DNA of 64,000 nt from an uncultured Spirochaetales bacterium (GCA_964442285.1 CAYTZH010000001.1:224118-288117); one strand, 5' to 3'; shown: positions 37,136 to 47,404, counted from the stretch's first letter. Numbers and translations are program-made. Notes: a model not told the origin generated them from the letters alone.

Positions 37136-39964
37136 ATGCCGCGCCCCGCTCTCGCTCTCTCCGCCGGGCTCGCCCTCGCTCTGCTCGCCGCGGGCTGCGA
37201 GGGTCCGCCGCCGACGGGCCACCCCACCTTCGCCAGCCCCCACGCGGATCCGATCGCCCTCTCGCCCCGGGGCGACGAGGTCTATGCGGTCAACACGCCC
37301 GCCGACACCCTGGACGTGATCTCGGTGGAGGAGGACGCGGTCGTCGCACGCATTCCCGTGGGCATCGACCCGGTGAGCGTGGCGGTGCGTCCCGACGGAC
37401 TCGAGGCCTGGGTCTCCAACCACGTCTCCGACACCGTGAGCGTGATCGACACCGACCCGAGCAGCCCTACGCGCCACCACGTGATCGCCACGATCACCGC
37501 CTGGGACGCGAGCGGCACGGTCACCGACTTCGACGAGCCGGTGGGCATCGCCTTCGCCGACGACACCAAGGCGTACGTGGCCCTCTCCTCGCGCAACTTC
37601 GTCGCCGTGGTGGACGTGGCGAGCCGCAGCGTCACCAAGCAGCTCTCCATCCGCGCCCAGGAGCCGCGGGCGATCGCCGTCCGAGACGGGCGCCTCTACG
37701 TGATCCCCTTCGAGTCGATGAACCAGACCGAGATCTCGGGCTGCGCGGATGCCACCGCGCCGGGCTGCACCTTCAGCCTCCTCGAGCTGCTCTCGAACTC
37801 CAACGACATCATCCTCACGCGCAACCTCGAGGCCAACATCGTCCGCAAGCCCGAGACGCCCGACCGGGATCTGTTCGTCTTCGACACCGCCGACGAGAGC
37901 CCGCTCTTCGAGGTCTCGACGCTGGGGACGCTGCTCTACGGCCTGGCGGTGGACTCCGGCGGTCGGGTCTTCGTGGCCATGACCGAGGCCCGCAACGACG
38001 CCAACGGGCTCATGGCCGACGGCGACGACCTGCCCGAGCTCGAGAACCGCGCCTTCCTGAACCAGGTCGTGCGGGTGGACTGCTCCGTGGACTGCAGCGA
38101 CCGCCTGTGGGTCGACCTCGAGCCGCCGCCCCCGGCGAACCCCGCGCCGGGCGAGGCCCTGGCGACGCCCTTCGGCATCCAGGTGAGCGCCGACGACGAC
38201 ACCGTCGTCGCTGTGGCCGCCGGCTCCAACAAGCTCTTCTCCCTCGACGCCGACACGGGGGCGATCCTCGCCAGCATCCCGGTGGGGGCCATTCCCCGGG
38301 GCCTGGCGCTCGAGTCCGACGCCGCGGGCCGCCCGCTCCGCGCCTGGGTGCACAACACGCTGGAGAACAGCGTGTCGCGGGTGGGCTTCGAGGGGCCCGA
38401 CTTCATGGTCGAGGTGCAGCGCATCCCCCTGGAGGACCCGACCCACCCCGAGGTCAAGCAGGGGCGCATCGCCTTCAACGACGCCGCCGGCTCGACCACC
38501 GGCACCTTCTCGTGCGGGAGCTGCCATCCCGACGGCAACACCGACCAGCTCCTCTGGAACCTCGGCGCCAAGTGCATCACCCCCGGCTGCGACCAGGTCC
38601 AGCCGCGGACCACGATGCCGATCCGCGGCCTTCGCGGGACCCTGCCGCTGCATTGGGACGGGGTCCCGGGCGATCCATTCGGGGGCATCAACGCGGAGGT
38701 GGCCGACTCGGGAATCGTGGTGGCCCCGAACTGCAGCGACGAGCACAGCTGCTTCCGCAACCTCGTGGACGGCGCCATGTCCGGGACCATGTGCCTGCAG
38801 GGGAGCTGCCCCAGCGACGAGAACGAGCTCGGCCTGGCGGGCGCCTTCGACGAGTCGCAGCGCGATGCCATGGCCGTGTTCCTGCGCAGCGTGCCGTACC
38901 CCACCGGGAAGTCGCGACCCGTCGACGACCGGCTCTCGCCCCTGGCCGCCGAGGGCCTGCGCAACTTCGTGATCGGCATCGACCCCAGCCGCCCGGGCTG
39001 CAGCCGGGCCGGCGCCTGCCACGCGATGCCGTTCTGGGCCGGCACGAACACCCCGGGCACCGGCTTCGATGCGCCGACCTTCCGCGGCATCCCCGACCGC
39101 CACCTGCTGCTCCCCAACGGGCGCGCCGGCATGTGGGACCTGATCCGGGTGGTCCTCTTCAACGAGGTGCCCTGGGATCCGACCGACGGTCCCGACGAGC
39201 TCTACTCCTGGGGCATGACCTTCGGCACGGACCAGTTCCCCTTCACCAACCGCAACAGCAGCGGCACCGGCCCCTTCCAGCTCTTCCAGTGGTTCGACGA
39301 GGCGTCGATGGGCTTCTCGTCGAGCTTCGGCCGCCAGGTCACCCTCGACGCGGCGACCACGGCTCCCGGCGCGCTCGCGGCGACCCTGGCCCTGCTCGAG
39401 CGACTCGAGCAGGCCGACGCCCAGGGCGTCGTGGACCTGCGCGCCCACGGCCTGTGGCAGCCCGATGCAGCGGTCGAAGGGGAGAGCGTCCGGCTCGTGT
39501 TCGAGAGCGGCCAGTACCTCTCTGCGGATTCCGGGTCGGACTTCGGCTCCCGGGGCACCTCGACGCTGATCGAGGATGCCCAGGCCGGCGCGCTGGTCCT
39601 GACCGTGACGGCGCGGCTGGGGATCCGCTCCGACGTCGACCATCCCCAGCCCGAGCTCTCCCTGCCCTCGAGCAACCCGACCCATCCGGCGGCCGATTTC
39701 CTCGTTGCGGCCACGCCGGTGCTCGACGCAGGACCGACCCTGACCGTGTTCGGGAAGTTCGTCGATCCGGATCCGATCGTGCTGGTGGACGGCCAGGCCG
39801 TCGACGCGGCGGTGGGCTGCGAGCTCGGCGGCAGCTTCCCGGCCTGCACCGACGACTTCCTACGGGTGGACCTCGCGGTGCTGCCGGCGCCCGGCGACCA
39901 CACCTTCCAGCTGGCCAACCGGGAGGGCCTGCAGAGCAACGAGATCCTGATCGTCGTGCCCTAG
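37136..39964 (+). CDS. large lipoprotein: YVTN-type beta-propeller + cytochrome-c-peroxidase-like region with a CXXCH motif
   Basis: 942 aa from ATG 37136, with GGAGG upstream. The lipobox is ALLAAGC. YVTN-like repeats are present (VYAVNTPADTLDVISV, AWVSNHVSDTVSVID, AYVALSSRNFVAVVDV). CGSCH is encoded at 38513-38527. Confidence 0.8.
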   Translation: MPRPALALSAGLALALLAAGCEGPPPTGHPTFASPHADPIALSPRGDEVYAVNTPADTLDVISVEEDAVVARIPVGIDPVSVAVRPDGLEAWVSNHVSDTVSVIDTDPSSPTRHHVIATITAWDASGTVTDFDEPVGIAFADDTKAYVALSSRNFVAVVDVASRSVTKQLSIRAQEPRAIAVRDGRLYVIPFESMNQTEISGCADATAPGCTFSLLELLSNSNDIILTRNLEANIVRKPETPDRDLFVFDTADESPLFEVSTLGTLLYGLAVDSGGRVFVAMTEARNDANGLMADGDDLPELENRAFLNQVVRVDCSVDCSDRLWVDLEPPPPANPAPGEALATPFGIQVSADDDTVVAVAAGSNKLFSLDADTGAILASIPVGAIPRGLALESDAAGRPLRAWVHNTLENSVSRVGFEGPDFMVEVQRIPLEDPTHPEVKQGRIAFNDAAGSTTGTFSCGSCHPDGNTDQLLWNLGAKCITPGCDQVQPRTTMPIRGLRGTLPLHWDGVPGDPFGGINAEVADSGIVVAPNCSDEHSCFRNLVDGAMSGTMCLQGSCPSDENELGLAGAFDESQRDAMAVFLRSVPYPTGKSRPVDDRLSPLAAEGLRNFVIGIDPSRPGCSRAGACHAMPFWAGTNTPGTGFDAPTFRGIPDRHLLLPNGRAGMWDLIRVVLFNEVPWDPTDGPDELYSWGMTFGTDQFPFTNRNSSGTGPFQLFQWFDEASMGFSSSFGRQVTLDAATTAPGALAATLALLERLEQADAQGVVDLRAHGLWQPDAAVEGESVRLVFESGQYLSADSGSDFGSRGTSTLIEDAQAGALVLTVTARLGIRSDVDHPQPELSLPSSNPTHPAADFLVAATPVLDAGPTLTVFGKFVDPDPIVLVDGQAVDAAVGCELGGSFPACTDDFLRVDLAVLPAPGDHTFQLANREGLQSNEILIVVP

Positions 39965-39988
39965 GCGCGGCCCCGGTGCGGGCCGGCG

Positions 39989-40822
39989 TCAGTCGCCCCG
40001 CACGAACGCGGCGACCTCGTCGGCGACCCGCTCCGGCTGGTCGAGGGAGCAGAAGGTGAGGGCGTCGGGGATCTCGCGGATCTCCGCGCGCGGGATCCGC
40101 TCCTGCAGACGCTTGGCGAGATCCAGGGTGAAGTAGGGATCCTCCCGGGCCCAGAGCAGGAGCGTCGGCTTCTCGAAGCGCCCGAGGCGCTCGGCCACCC
40201 GGAGCGTGATCTCGGGCCGGATCGCGCGCATGAAGCCCACCGCGTCGGCGCACACCCGCCCGTCGCGGGCGGCGGGCTCCACCCAGGCCCGCAGGGTGGC
40301 CTCCGGGATGGGTCGTCGGGTGAGGGCGCCGAAGGCCAGGTCGAGCCGCGCCAGGGACGGCAGCGCGCGCATGACCTTCGCCAGCAGCCGCACGCCGCCG
40401 GGGATCCGCGCGGTCAGGACCAGGTGACCGAAGCCCGGCGGCGGGAAGGCCTCCAGGGCGTCGCAGTTGGTGAGGACGAGTCGGGCCAGGCGCTCGCCGT
40501 GATCGGCCGCCACCAGCTGGCTGATGGCGCCGCCGCTGTCGTTGCCCACCAGGGTGACGTCCCGGAGGTCGAGGGCCTCCATGAACTCGGCCACGAGCCG
40601 GGCCATGCCGGCGGGGCTGCGGTCGGCCTCCCGCTTCAGGGGCAGCCGGTGCGAGCCCAGGGGCCAGTCCGGCACGAGGCAGCGATGGGTCCCCGAGAGC
40701 GCCGAAGCGGTCCCGCGCCAGAGGGCGCCGTCCACCAGCAGGCCGTGGACGAAGAGCAGGGTCGGTCCTTCGCCGTCGTCGCGGTACTCGATCGTTCCCG
40801 AAGAGAGCTCGATGCGCTTCAT
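39989..40822 (-). CDS. alpha/beta hydrolase
   Basis: 277 aa from the in-frame ATG 40822, with GAGGAGG upstream. Motifs seen: LLFVHGLL and GNDSGG. Confidence 0.85.
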   Translation of the reverse strand: MKRIELSSGTIEYRDDGEGPTLLFVHGLLVDGALWRGTASALSGTHRCLVPDWPLGSHRLPLKREADRSPAGMARLVAEFMEALDLRDVTLVGNDSGGAISQLVAADHGERLARLVLTNCDALEAFPPPGFGHLVLTARIPGGVRLLAKVMRALPSLARLDLAFGALTRRPIPEATLRAWVEPAARDGRVCADAVGFMRAIRPEITLRVAERLGRFEKPTLLLWAREDPYFTLDLAKRLQERIPRAEIREIPDALTFCSLDQPERVADEVAAFVRGD

Positions 40823-40914
40823 GGCGACCTCCTCGGGCCCGAGCATGGGCCGTCGCGGGAGCCGTCTCAATTACGTCGCGGGTAGCGGGCGCGGCCCCGG
40901 GTCGGGTCGCGGGC

Positions 40915-41349
40915 TCAGACCCGGGGCGGGGCCAGCGGGTTGTAGCAGGGCGAGACGCGCGGGTCGTAGAAGGCGAGGAACCGCACCGGGCGGCTCTCGT
41001 CGGCGCCGTTCGGGAAGAAGTCGGTCGAGAGCAGGAAGCGGTCGTAGAAGTCCGCGTAGAGGGGGGTGAGCCGGCCCGCGCGCTCGGCCTCGCGATGGGC
41101 CGCGACGTAGCGGGGGGCGGCCTCGGGATGGAGCTCCAGGTAGTAGAAGTAGACGCCCAGGGCCCGCTCGCGGGGCAGGCGGTCGCAGACCGCGCGCAGC
41201 ACCCGCTCGTGCAGCTCCTCGAACCGGCGCCGGCGCGCCAGGGCCAGCAGGCCCCGGTTCCGGAAGCCCGCTGCCGCCGCGCCCAGGGCGAGGGCCAGGG
41301 CGGCGAGCCCGAGCCCGCCGAGGACCGCTCGCCGGGTGAGCCGCGCCAC
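40915..41349 (-). CDS. Tat-signal small subunit (gluconate 2-dehydrogenase subunit 3-like)
   Basis: 144 aa from GTG 41349, 2 nt after the GMC stop. The twin-arginine signal is LTRRAVLGGLGLAALALALGAAAA. Confidence 0.7.
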   Translation of the reverse strand: MARLTRRAVLGGLGLAALALALGAAAAGFRNRGLLALARRRRFEELHERVLRAVCDRLPRERALGVYFYYLELHPEAAPRYVAAHREAERAGRLTPLYADFYDRFLLSTDFFPNGADESRPVRFLAFYDPRVSPCYNPLAPPRV

Positions 41350-41351
41350 GC

Positions 41352-42692
41352 TCAGGCCACCGGCCGGCCCACGAGCCGCCGGGCGGCGCGCAGGGAGAGG
41401 GCGGAGAGGGTGAGCGTAGGGTTCGCGGGGGCGGCGGTCGGGAAGGTGCTCCCGCCGAGCACCACCAGGTTGCGCACCCGATGGTGGACCCCGAGCGGAT
41501 CCACGACGCTGTCGGCGGGGTCGCGACCCATCACGGTGGTCCCGAGAATGTGGGCCTCGGTCCGGCCCGGGCGGCGGCCGATGTGGAGGTCCTCCACGGG
41601 AAGGGACGCGAGGAAGGGCGGGATGCGCTCCGGCAGCCGCCGGATGGCCTCGAGGGTCTCGGGCGAGTGGCCCTCGAACTGGACCCTCGGCCGCTCCGGG
41701 GCCTCCGGGTCGATGCTCACGCGATTGGCCCGCTGGGGCAGGTCCTCCACGATGAGCTTCGCCCGGAGCAGCTGCCGCCAGCGCCCGCGGCCGGGGCGCA
41801 GCACCGGCTCGTTGGTGGTCTCCAGGAGGACGGCGGCGTGCTCCCGCCGGTGCGCGCCGTCGTAGAGCATGTAGCCGTGGCCGGTCGTGCTGGTGCTGCC
41901 CTGCAGCCCGTCCATGCCGTCCAGCCAGACCTGCATCGAGACGGAGGTCTGCTCCATCAGGCCGCGGCCGAGCCAGGGGTCGTCGAGGCCCGAGCGGAGC
42001 AGGAGGTGGGCGTTGAAGAGCGCGTTGGTGCCGAGGCCGACGAGCTCGCCCTGCGCCACGGACTCCCGCCCGGCCGCGCGGAAGCGCAGCCCCTCCGCGA
42101 CGTCGCCTCGCAGCGCGACGGCCAGGACCTGGGCGCCGAGGCGCAGCTCGACCCGGGGATCGGCGTAGGCGTCGGCCATCTCGTTCTGCACGCTGAACTT
42201 GGCGTCGATGGGGCAGCGGTGGCAGACGTGGTTGGCGCAGCAGGGGGCGCGGCCGCCGGGGGTGGGACGGGTGGGGCGCGCCACCGGGAGCGGGAAGAAG
42301 CGGTCCGGCATCGCCGCGCGCAGGGCCTCCTCGGGCCGGCTCAGCCGGTGGGCCGGCTGGGGGTAGGGCCCGCTGCGGCGGAAGGGAGAGCGGTCCGGCC
42401 CCGCCACCGACATTCGCTCCTCGACCTCGGCGTAGAAGGGCTCGAGCTCGTCGTAGTCGAGGGGCCAGTCGCGTCCGTAGCCGTAGCGGCTGCGCGTCTC
42501 GAAGTCGGCCGGGAGCATGCGCGGGACGCAGGCCCACCAGCAGCTGGAGCAGCCGCCGAAGGTTAGGCTGAAGCGCCAGCGCTTGGCGGGGGTCGCGTTG
42601 TGGACCGTGGCCACGCTCTCCCGCTCGAGGGCGTCCTGGTGGTCGACGTGCCAGGCGTGGGGCCGTCGCTCGCCCCGCTCGAGCACCAGCAC
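41352..42692 (-). CDS. GMC family FAD oxidoreductase (coordinates are the canonical-start ORF; true N-terminus lies further upstream)
   Basis: GMC motifs are present: CCANHVCHRCPIDAKF and the C-terminal GGSTFPTAAPANPTLTLSALSLRAA. The Rossmann motif GYDLVLAGTGFASSFFLAEYL is in frame at about 42779-42720, upstream of the first ATG/GTG/TTG (42692). See findings. Confidence 0.85.
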   Translation of the reverse strand: MLVLERGERRPHAWHVDHQDALERESVATVHNATPAKRWRFSLTFGGCSSCWWACVPRMLPADFETRSRYGYGRDWPLDYDELEPFYAEVEERMSVAGPDRSPFRRSGPYPQPAHRLSRPEEALRAAMPDRFFPLPVARPTRPTPGGRAPCCANHVCHRCPIDAKFSVQNEMADAYADPRVELRLGAQVLAVALRGDVAEGLRFRAAGRESVAQGELVGLGTNALFNAHLLLRSGLDDPWLGRGLMEQTSVSMQVWLDGMDGLQGSTSTTGHGYMLYDGAHRREHAAVLLETTNEPVLRPGRGRWRQLLRAKLIVEDLPQRANRVSIDPEAPERPRVQFEGHSPETLEAIRRLPERIPPFLASLPVEDLHIGRRPGRTEAHILGTTVMGRDPADSVVDPLGVHHRVRNLVVLGGSTFPTAAPANPTLTLSALSLRAARRLVGRPVA

Positions 42693-42810
42693 CCGGGCCC
42701 CGGCCGGCGCCCAGCGCAGGTACTCCGCCAGGAAGAAGCTCGAGGCGAAGCCGGTCCCGGCCAGGACCAGGTCGTAGCCCGCGGTCGGGCCGGTCCCTCG
42801 CCGGCGGGTC

Positions 42811-43359
42811 TCAGTGGCGACAGGCGGTCTCCCCGGCCTTCTGGACCATCCGGAAGCGCATGGTCTTGCGCTGGAGGTAGGAGGGCGCCGTGACGAGGGA
42901 GGCGTCCTGGGAGGCTTGCGTCAGCGAGACCTTCTCCGTGCCGCGGCGGTAGACGACGGCGCTCTCGGGCGCCCCGGCGAGGATCCGGCGGAGCTCGAAG
43001 TAGGGGATGAGCAGACCGTCGTCGCCGAGCCGCTTCAGGCCCGGGTCCGACGAGTCCACCACCTCCACCAGGTCGCGCTGGAAGCCGAAGACCTGGGTGG
43101 CCACGGGGATGAACAGGTGGTTCGTCTCACCGCCCTCGGTGCGCAGGTTGGAGAACATGGCGAAGGCGTTCTCGGACTTGAGGCCCAGGTAGGGGGTCAT
43201 CCCGTTGACGAAGAGGAGGAGGGGGACGACCGCCAGCACCGGGTGGGCGAGCCGATAGGGCGCCGCCCCGCGGTCGATGTCGCGCTCGAGGCCGGGCCAC
43301 CAGTGCACGCAGGCCGCGGCCGCGGCGACGCCGGCGGCGGCGTACGGCAGCCAGAGCAC
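42811..43359 (-). CDS. hypothetical membrane protein
   Basis: 182-aa ORF from GTG 43359 with very high GC3 and two hydrophobic segments. No family is confidently recognised. A possible N-terminal extension lies in another frame (see findings). Confidence 0.6.
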   Translation of the reverse strand: MLWLPYAAAGVAAAAACVHWWPGLERDIDRGAAPYRLAHPVLAVVPLLLFVNGMTPYLGLKSENAFAMFSNLRTEGGETNHLFIPVATQVFGFQRDLVEVVDSSDPGLKRLGDDGLLIPYFELRRILAGAPESAVVYRRGTEKVSLTQASQDASLVTAPSYLQRKTMRFRMVQKAGETACRH

Positions 43360-43516
43360 GAGTACGAGCCCAGATGGAAGAGGATCGAGATCGACCAGAG
43401 CGCCGCGAAGAAGGCGACCGCGGTGCGCGCGTTCGCGGTGTCCCTGCTGCCTCCCCCCGACGCGGCTCCCACCGCGCCCGCTGCCGCGTCCGTCTGCGCC
43501 TGCATACCGCCGGATT

Positions 43517-45199
43517 ATGGCGAGGCCAGAGGAGCGCTGCTACCTGCCGGGTGACATGGCGGCCCGAAACGAAGCGCGCGCGGCGCGCGACGGCGCTGCG
43601 CACGACCTGCGCATCGCCGTGCTCGCCTCCGGGATCGCCGCGGCCTTCCTGCTCCACGTCCGCCACCTGGCCTGTGTGGCGGAGGACGCCTTCATCAGCT
43701 TCCGCTTCGCCCGCCACCTGGTAGAGGGACACGGCCTGGTGTGGAACCTGGGCGAGGCGCCGGTGGAGGGCTACACGAACTTCCTCTGGATGCTGCTTTC
43801 GGCCGGCCTGCTCGGGGCCGGTCTGGACGTGGCCCGAGGGAGCCAGCTGCTCGGCACCGCGGCGGGCCTGGCGACGCTGGCCTATGCCTGGGCCCTGGCG
43901 GCGCGCGGGCTGCGCCTGGGCCCCGGGCTCGGGCTCGTGGCGCCGGCTCTGCTCGCCGTGTCGGGTCCCTTCGCCACCTGGGCCGGAAGCGGCCTGGAGA
44001 CCCACCTCTTCACCCTGTGGGTGACCGCGGGCGTCCATCACCTGCTCGCCTTCCATCGCGACGAGCGCGCGCGCAGCGCGGCGCTCTTCGCCGGGGTGAT
44101 GCTCCTCGCCATGCTCACCCGGCCCGAGGGGGTGATGGTCTACGGCCTCCTGCTCGGGGCCGGCGGGCTGCTCTTCGCCGCCCGGCCCCGGCTGGCCCTC
44201 GCGCGCAGCGCCCTGCCGGTGGGCCTGAGCCTGGCGGTGTTCGCGCTGTACTTCGCGGTCCGCTGGAGCTACTTCGGCCACCCCCTGCCCAATACGTTCT
44301 ACGCCAAGACCGAGGCCTCGGCGGCCCAGGCCCGGCGCGGCCTGCAGTACGTGCTGTGGTTCGCGGCGACCTTCGGCGCGCCGCTCGTGCCGCTGGGTCT
44401 GGCCTGGCTCGGGACGCGGCTCCGGGGACGCGGGCCCGGCCTCGCGCCCGAGGCGCGGGGGCCCCTGGGCGTGTGCCTGCTCCTGCTCGGCGTCTACGCG
44501 GTCTACGTGGCGGCCGTGGGCGGCGACTACATGGCCATGTACCGCTTCCTGGTGCCGGTGCTTCCCGTCCTCTACGCGGCGGTCGCCTGGATGCTCGCAG
44601 ACGGGCTGGCCCGGCTGCCGGCTGCCTCGCCGTGGGGGCCCGCCTGGGCCCGCGTCGGTGCGGCGGGGCTCCTGGCCGTCGCCGCGCTCGGCACGGGGAT
44701 CCACTCCACGCCCTTCGAGCGACGCCTCTTCCCGAAGCCTCCGTTCATGCACGGCACCTGGCGCGGCGTGCAGTTCGAGCGCTGGTCCGTGGACCGCCTG
44801 AGCCAGATCGGTCGCTACTTCGCGAAGCAGCACCGCCCGGGAGAGAGCCTGGCCACCGGCGCCATCGGCGCCGTCTCCTTCTACTCCGGGATGACCGTGT
44901 ACGGCCGACACGGGCTGGTGGACCCCGAGATCGCCCACCGGCCGAGCCCGGAGGCGCTCGGCGAGGGCTTCCCCGGCCACGAGCGCGACGCGCTCCTGGT
45001 CCTGCTCGGGAAGGCGCCCACCTACGTGATGCTCGGGCCGCCCCGTCTCACTCCCGAGCCGGTGCGCGAGTGGCCCTACGTTCCCGACGCGGCCCGCCCC
45101 CTGCTCGAACGCGACTACGAGCTCGTCTCGGTCTGGGTCGGCGAGGAGGGCACGGCCCCGGCCGGCTGGTTCCGGGTCTTCCGCCGCCGGGCGCCCTAG
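43517..45199 (+). CDS. GT-C-fold-like polytopic membrane protein (arabinofuranosyl/mannosyltransferase-like)
   Basis: About 560 aa with more than 10 TM helices. The first loop has an acidic motif ([15 protein letters not shown]...EGYTNFLW) and there is a soluble C-terminal domain. The start is ATG 43517 or ATG 43556. Confidence 0.7.
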   Translation: MARPEERCYLPGDMAARNEARAARDGAAHDLRIAVLASGIAAAFLLHVRHLACVAEDAFISFRFARHLVEGHGLVWNLGEAPVEGYTNFLWMLLSAGLLGAGLDVARGSQLLGTAAGLATLAYAWALAARGLRLGPGLGLVAPALLAVSGPFATWAGSGLETHLFTLWVTAGVHHLLAFHRDERARSAALFAGVMLLAMLTRPEGVMVYGLLLGAGGLLFAARPRLALARSALPVGLSLAVFALYFAVRWSYFGHPLPNTFYAKTEASAAQARRGLQYVLWFAATFGAPLVPLGLAWLGTRLRGRGPGLAPEARGPLGVCLLLLGVYAVYVAAVGGDYMAMYRFLVPVLPVLYAAVAWMLADGLARLPAASPWGPAWARVGAAGLLAVAALGTGIHSTPFERRLFPKPPFMHGTWRGVQFERWSVDRLSQIGRYFAKQHRPGESLATGAIGAVSFYSGMTVYGRHGLVDPEIAHRPSPEALGEGFPGHERDALLVLLGKAPTYVMLGPPRLTPEPVREWPYVPDAARPLLERDYELVSVWVGEEGTAPAGWFRVFRRRAP

Positions 45200-46713
45200 G
45201 GTCGGGCCGGCTTCGGGTCCGCGCCGCGCCGCGGCCGCAGCAGCCAGGCCACGCCGGCGGTCGTCGGTACGGCGGCCGCGAACAGGGCCAGGGTGATGTC
45301 GGGGAGGCGGGACCAGCCCTGCGTTCCGAGGAAGAGCACGTGATGGAACGGCATCACGATCGCGAGCCCCAGCACCAGCACGCCCAGGGGCTGCGCCGCC
45401 CGCAGGGCGGCGGGGGCGAGGGCCCAGATCCAGAACCAGGGCCAGGCGTGGCCCAGCGCCGTGAAGAGCACGGTCACCAGCACGCCGAGACCCAGGTCGA
45501 CGAAGGTCTCGGGATCCGGGCGGCGAACGTAGCGCCGGGTCAGCAGGGCCAGCGCGGCGATGCAGGCGACGACCACCGGAGCCTGGGCGACGCCGTGGGA
45601 GATCCCGACGCCGGCGCGGGCGGCGAGCTGGCTCAGGGCGACCGCGGGGGTGAGGAAGCGCCAGTCGCGCATCCGCGCCGCGCCGGCGAGGAAGTCGGCG
45701 TCGCGGACGAAGAGGGCCAGCAGCGCCAGACCGAGGGCGCCGGCGCCGAGGGCCGCGAGCCACCAGCCGCGCGTCCGCAGCGCGCCCCGGCGCGCGGCGT
45801 GGATCAGCTCGAGGGCAGCGAGGGGCAGGCTCACGTACTTGACCAGGGCGGACGCCGCGAGGGCGGCCGGCGCCGCGGCCCGGGGTCCGCGGATCCAGCA
45901 GGCCAGCCAGGCGAGCAGCGGCAGCGCCAGCGCCACGTCGTTGTGGCCCTCGCCGACGCTCATCCAGACGGACAGGGGCGTCCAGCCGAACGTCGCCAGG
46001 GCGAGCGCCCGCCGTCCCGGTGACGCCGCGGCGGTCGTCCACGCCAGGAGCTCCACGGAGCCGATCCAGCAGGCGGCGAGCAGCAGCTTCTGCAGCAGCA
46101 GGTCGAGGCCGCCGTGGCCCCGGGCCAGGCCGGCCAGGCCCGCGCTGACGACGCCCCAGAGCGGCCCGTAGGTCATGCGGGTGTCGTAGAAGGCCAGCGG
46201 CAGACCCTCGAGGCTGGCGTCGCTGAACGGCGTATACCAGGGGTTCTCGCCGGCGGCGATCATCCGGCCCCAGGCCACCGAGTGCCAGAGGTCCTGGGTG
46301 AAGACCGGGTAGGCGAGCAGGCTCAGGGCCGCGAAGCCGAGGGGCGCCCGGCGCAGCCACGCCAGGGCGTCGCGGGAGACGTCGTTGCCGGCGCGGCCGA
46401 GCGCCCAGAGCAGGACGCCGAACGAGAGCGTGAGCCAGGCCAGCAGGGCGCCGAAGACCGCCTGCGCCCGGGCGCGATCGGCGAGAGGCGAGTCGCCCGC
46501 GAAGGCCCGCGCCAGCGGGTGCTCGATCGCGTCCGGCAGCCACGGCCCCACCGCGGCCAGGCCCGCCGAGAGATGGGCGAGCTCCTTCTCCTGGGCGAGG
46601 GGCACCGCGGGGGCGAGCAGGAGCGAGACGGGAACCAGCGCGGCGAAGCCCAGCAGGTGGGCCGCCGCGCAGGCCCGCACCAGGTTGCCGACTCCGTTCC
46701 CCGCCTCGCGCAC
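45196..46713 (-). CDS. GT-C/DUF2029-like polytopic membrane protein
   Basis: 505 aa from GTG 46713, with AGGGAG upstream. It has many TM helices and a GEGHNDV motif typical of GT87/DUF2029-like mannosyltransferases, as I remember them. Confidence 0.65.
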   Translation of the reverse strand: MREAGNGVGNLVRACAAAHLLGFAALVPVSLLLAPAVPLAQEKELAHLSAGLAAVGPWLPDAIEHPLARAFAGDSPLADRARAQAVFGALLAWLTLSFGVLLWALGRAGNDVSRDALAWLRRAPLGFAALSLLAYPVFTQDLWHSVAWGRMIAAGENPWYTPFSDASLEGLPLAFYDTRMTYGPLWGVVSAGLAGLARGHGGLDLLLQKLLLAACWIGSVELLAWTTAAASPGRRALALATFGWTPLSVWMSVGEGHNDVALALPLLAWLACWIRGPRAAAPAALAASALVKYVSLPLAALELIHAARRGALRTRGWWLAALGAGALGLALLALFVRDADFLAGAARMRDWRFLTPAVALSQLAARAGVGISHGVAQAPVVVACIAALALLTRRYVRRPDPETFVDLGLGVLVTVLFTALGHAWPWFWIWALAPAALRAAQPLGVLVLGLAIVMPFHHVLFLGTQGWSRLPDITLALFAAAVPTTAGVAWLLRPRRGADPKPARP

Positions 46714-46822
46714 CCCGCTCCCTCTAGCAGATCGCTCCCCGAGATTCGCAGCCCCCGAGGGGCGGCGTAACCTCTGCGGGGCCCCGACGGGTCTCAAGGG
46801 TGGACGTCCCTCGGGAGCAGCA

Positions 46823-47404
46823 ATGGAGCAGGCGGCAGCCCAGATGGCGACGATGGCCCCCGGGCCCGCGGTCGGGACCGAGCGAGATCGGGAGCAGGCC
46901 TTCGCGGCGCTGGTGGCGAGCCACCGCGACCGCGCGCTCGGCCTGGCCTGGCGCCTCGTGGGGGGCGACGCCGCGGCGGCCGAGGACGTGGTGCAGGACG
47001 CCTTCGTGCGCGCCTGGCGCGCGCTGCCGCGCTTCCGCGGCGACGCCCAGATGGGCACCTGGCTCTACCGCATCGTGGTCCGGCAGGCCGCCAACCACCG
47101 GCGCTGGCGCGCGGTGCGCGACCGCTTCGCGCGCGAGCGGGCCGCCGACCCGCCGGCCTGGGGAACGCCCTCCACCGGCGACCCGGTCCTGCGTCGCCGC
47201 GTGGCCGAGGCCCTCGACGCCCTGCCGCGGCTGCAGCGCGAGGCCTTCGTGCTGGTGGCGCTGGAGGGCTTCACCGCCGGCGAGGCCGCCGGGATGATGG
47301 GGCGGGCCGAGGGCACGGTGAAGAGTCACCTGCACCGGGCCCGCACGGCCCTGCGCGGGCGTCTGGCCGACCTGGCCGACGCGACCGCAGAAGGAGATGC
47401 GTGA
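46823..47404 (+). CDS. ECF-type RNA polymerase sigma-70 family factor
   Basis: 193 aa from ATG 46823, with GGGAG upstream. Region 2 reads AEDVVQDAFVRAWRALPRFRG...TWLYRIVVRQA. Region 4 reads LPRLQREAFVLVALEGFTAGEAAGMMGRAEGTVKSHLHRAR. Confidence 0.9.
   Translation: MEQAAAQMATMAPGPAVGTERDREQAFAALVASHRDRALGLAWRLVGGDAAAAEDVVQDAFVRAWRALPRFRGDAQMGTWLYRIVVRQAANHRRWRAVRDRFARERAADPPAWGTPSTGDPVLRRRVAEALDALPRLQREAFVLVALEGFTAGEAAGMMGRAEGTVKSHLHRARTALRGRLADLADATAEGDA

Noticed and set aside
43127-46543. 1138-aa minus-strand ORF spanning both GT-C-like genes
   Set aside because: Its composition is Arg/Pro/Gly-rich, and it runs antisense to or out of frame with two ORFs that have coherent TM-helix patterns and high GC3.
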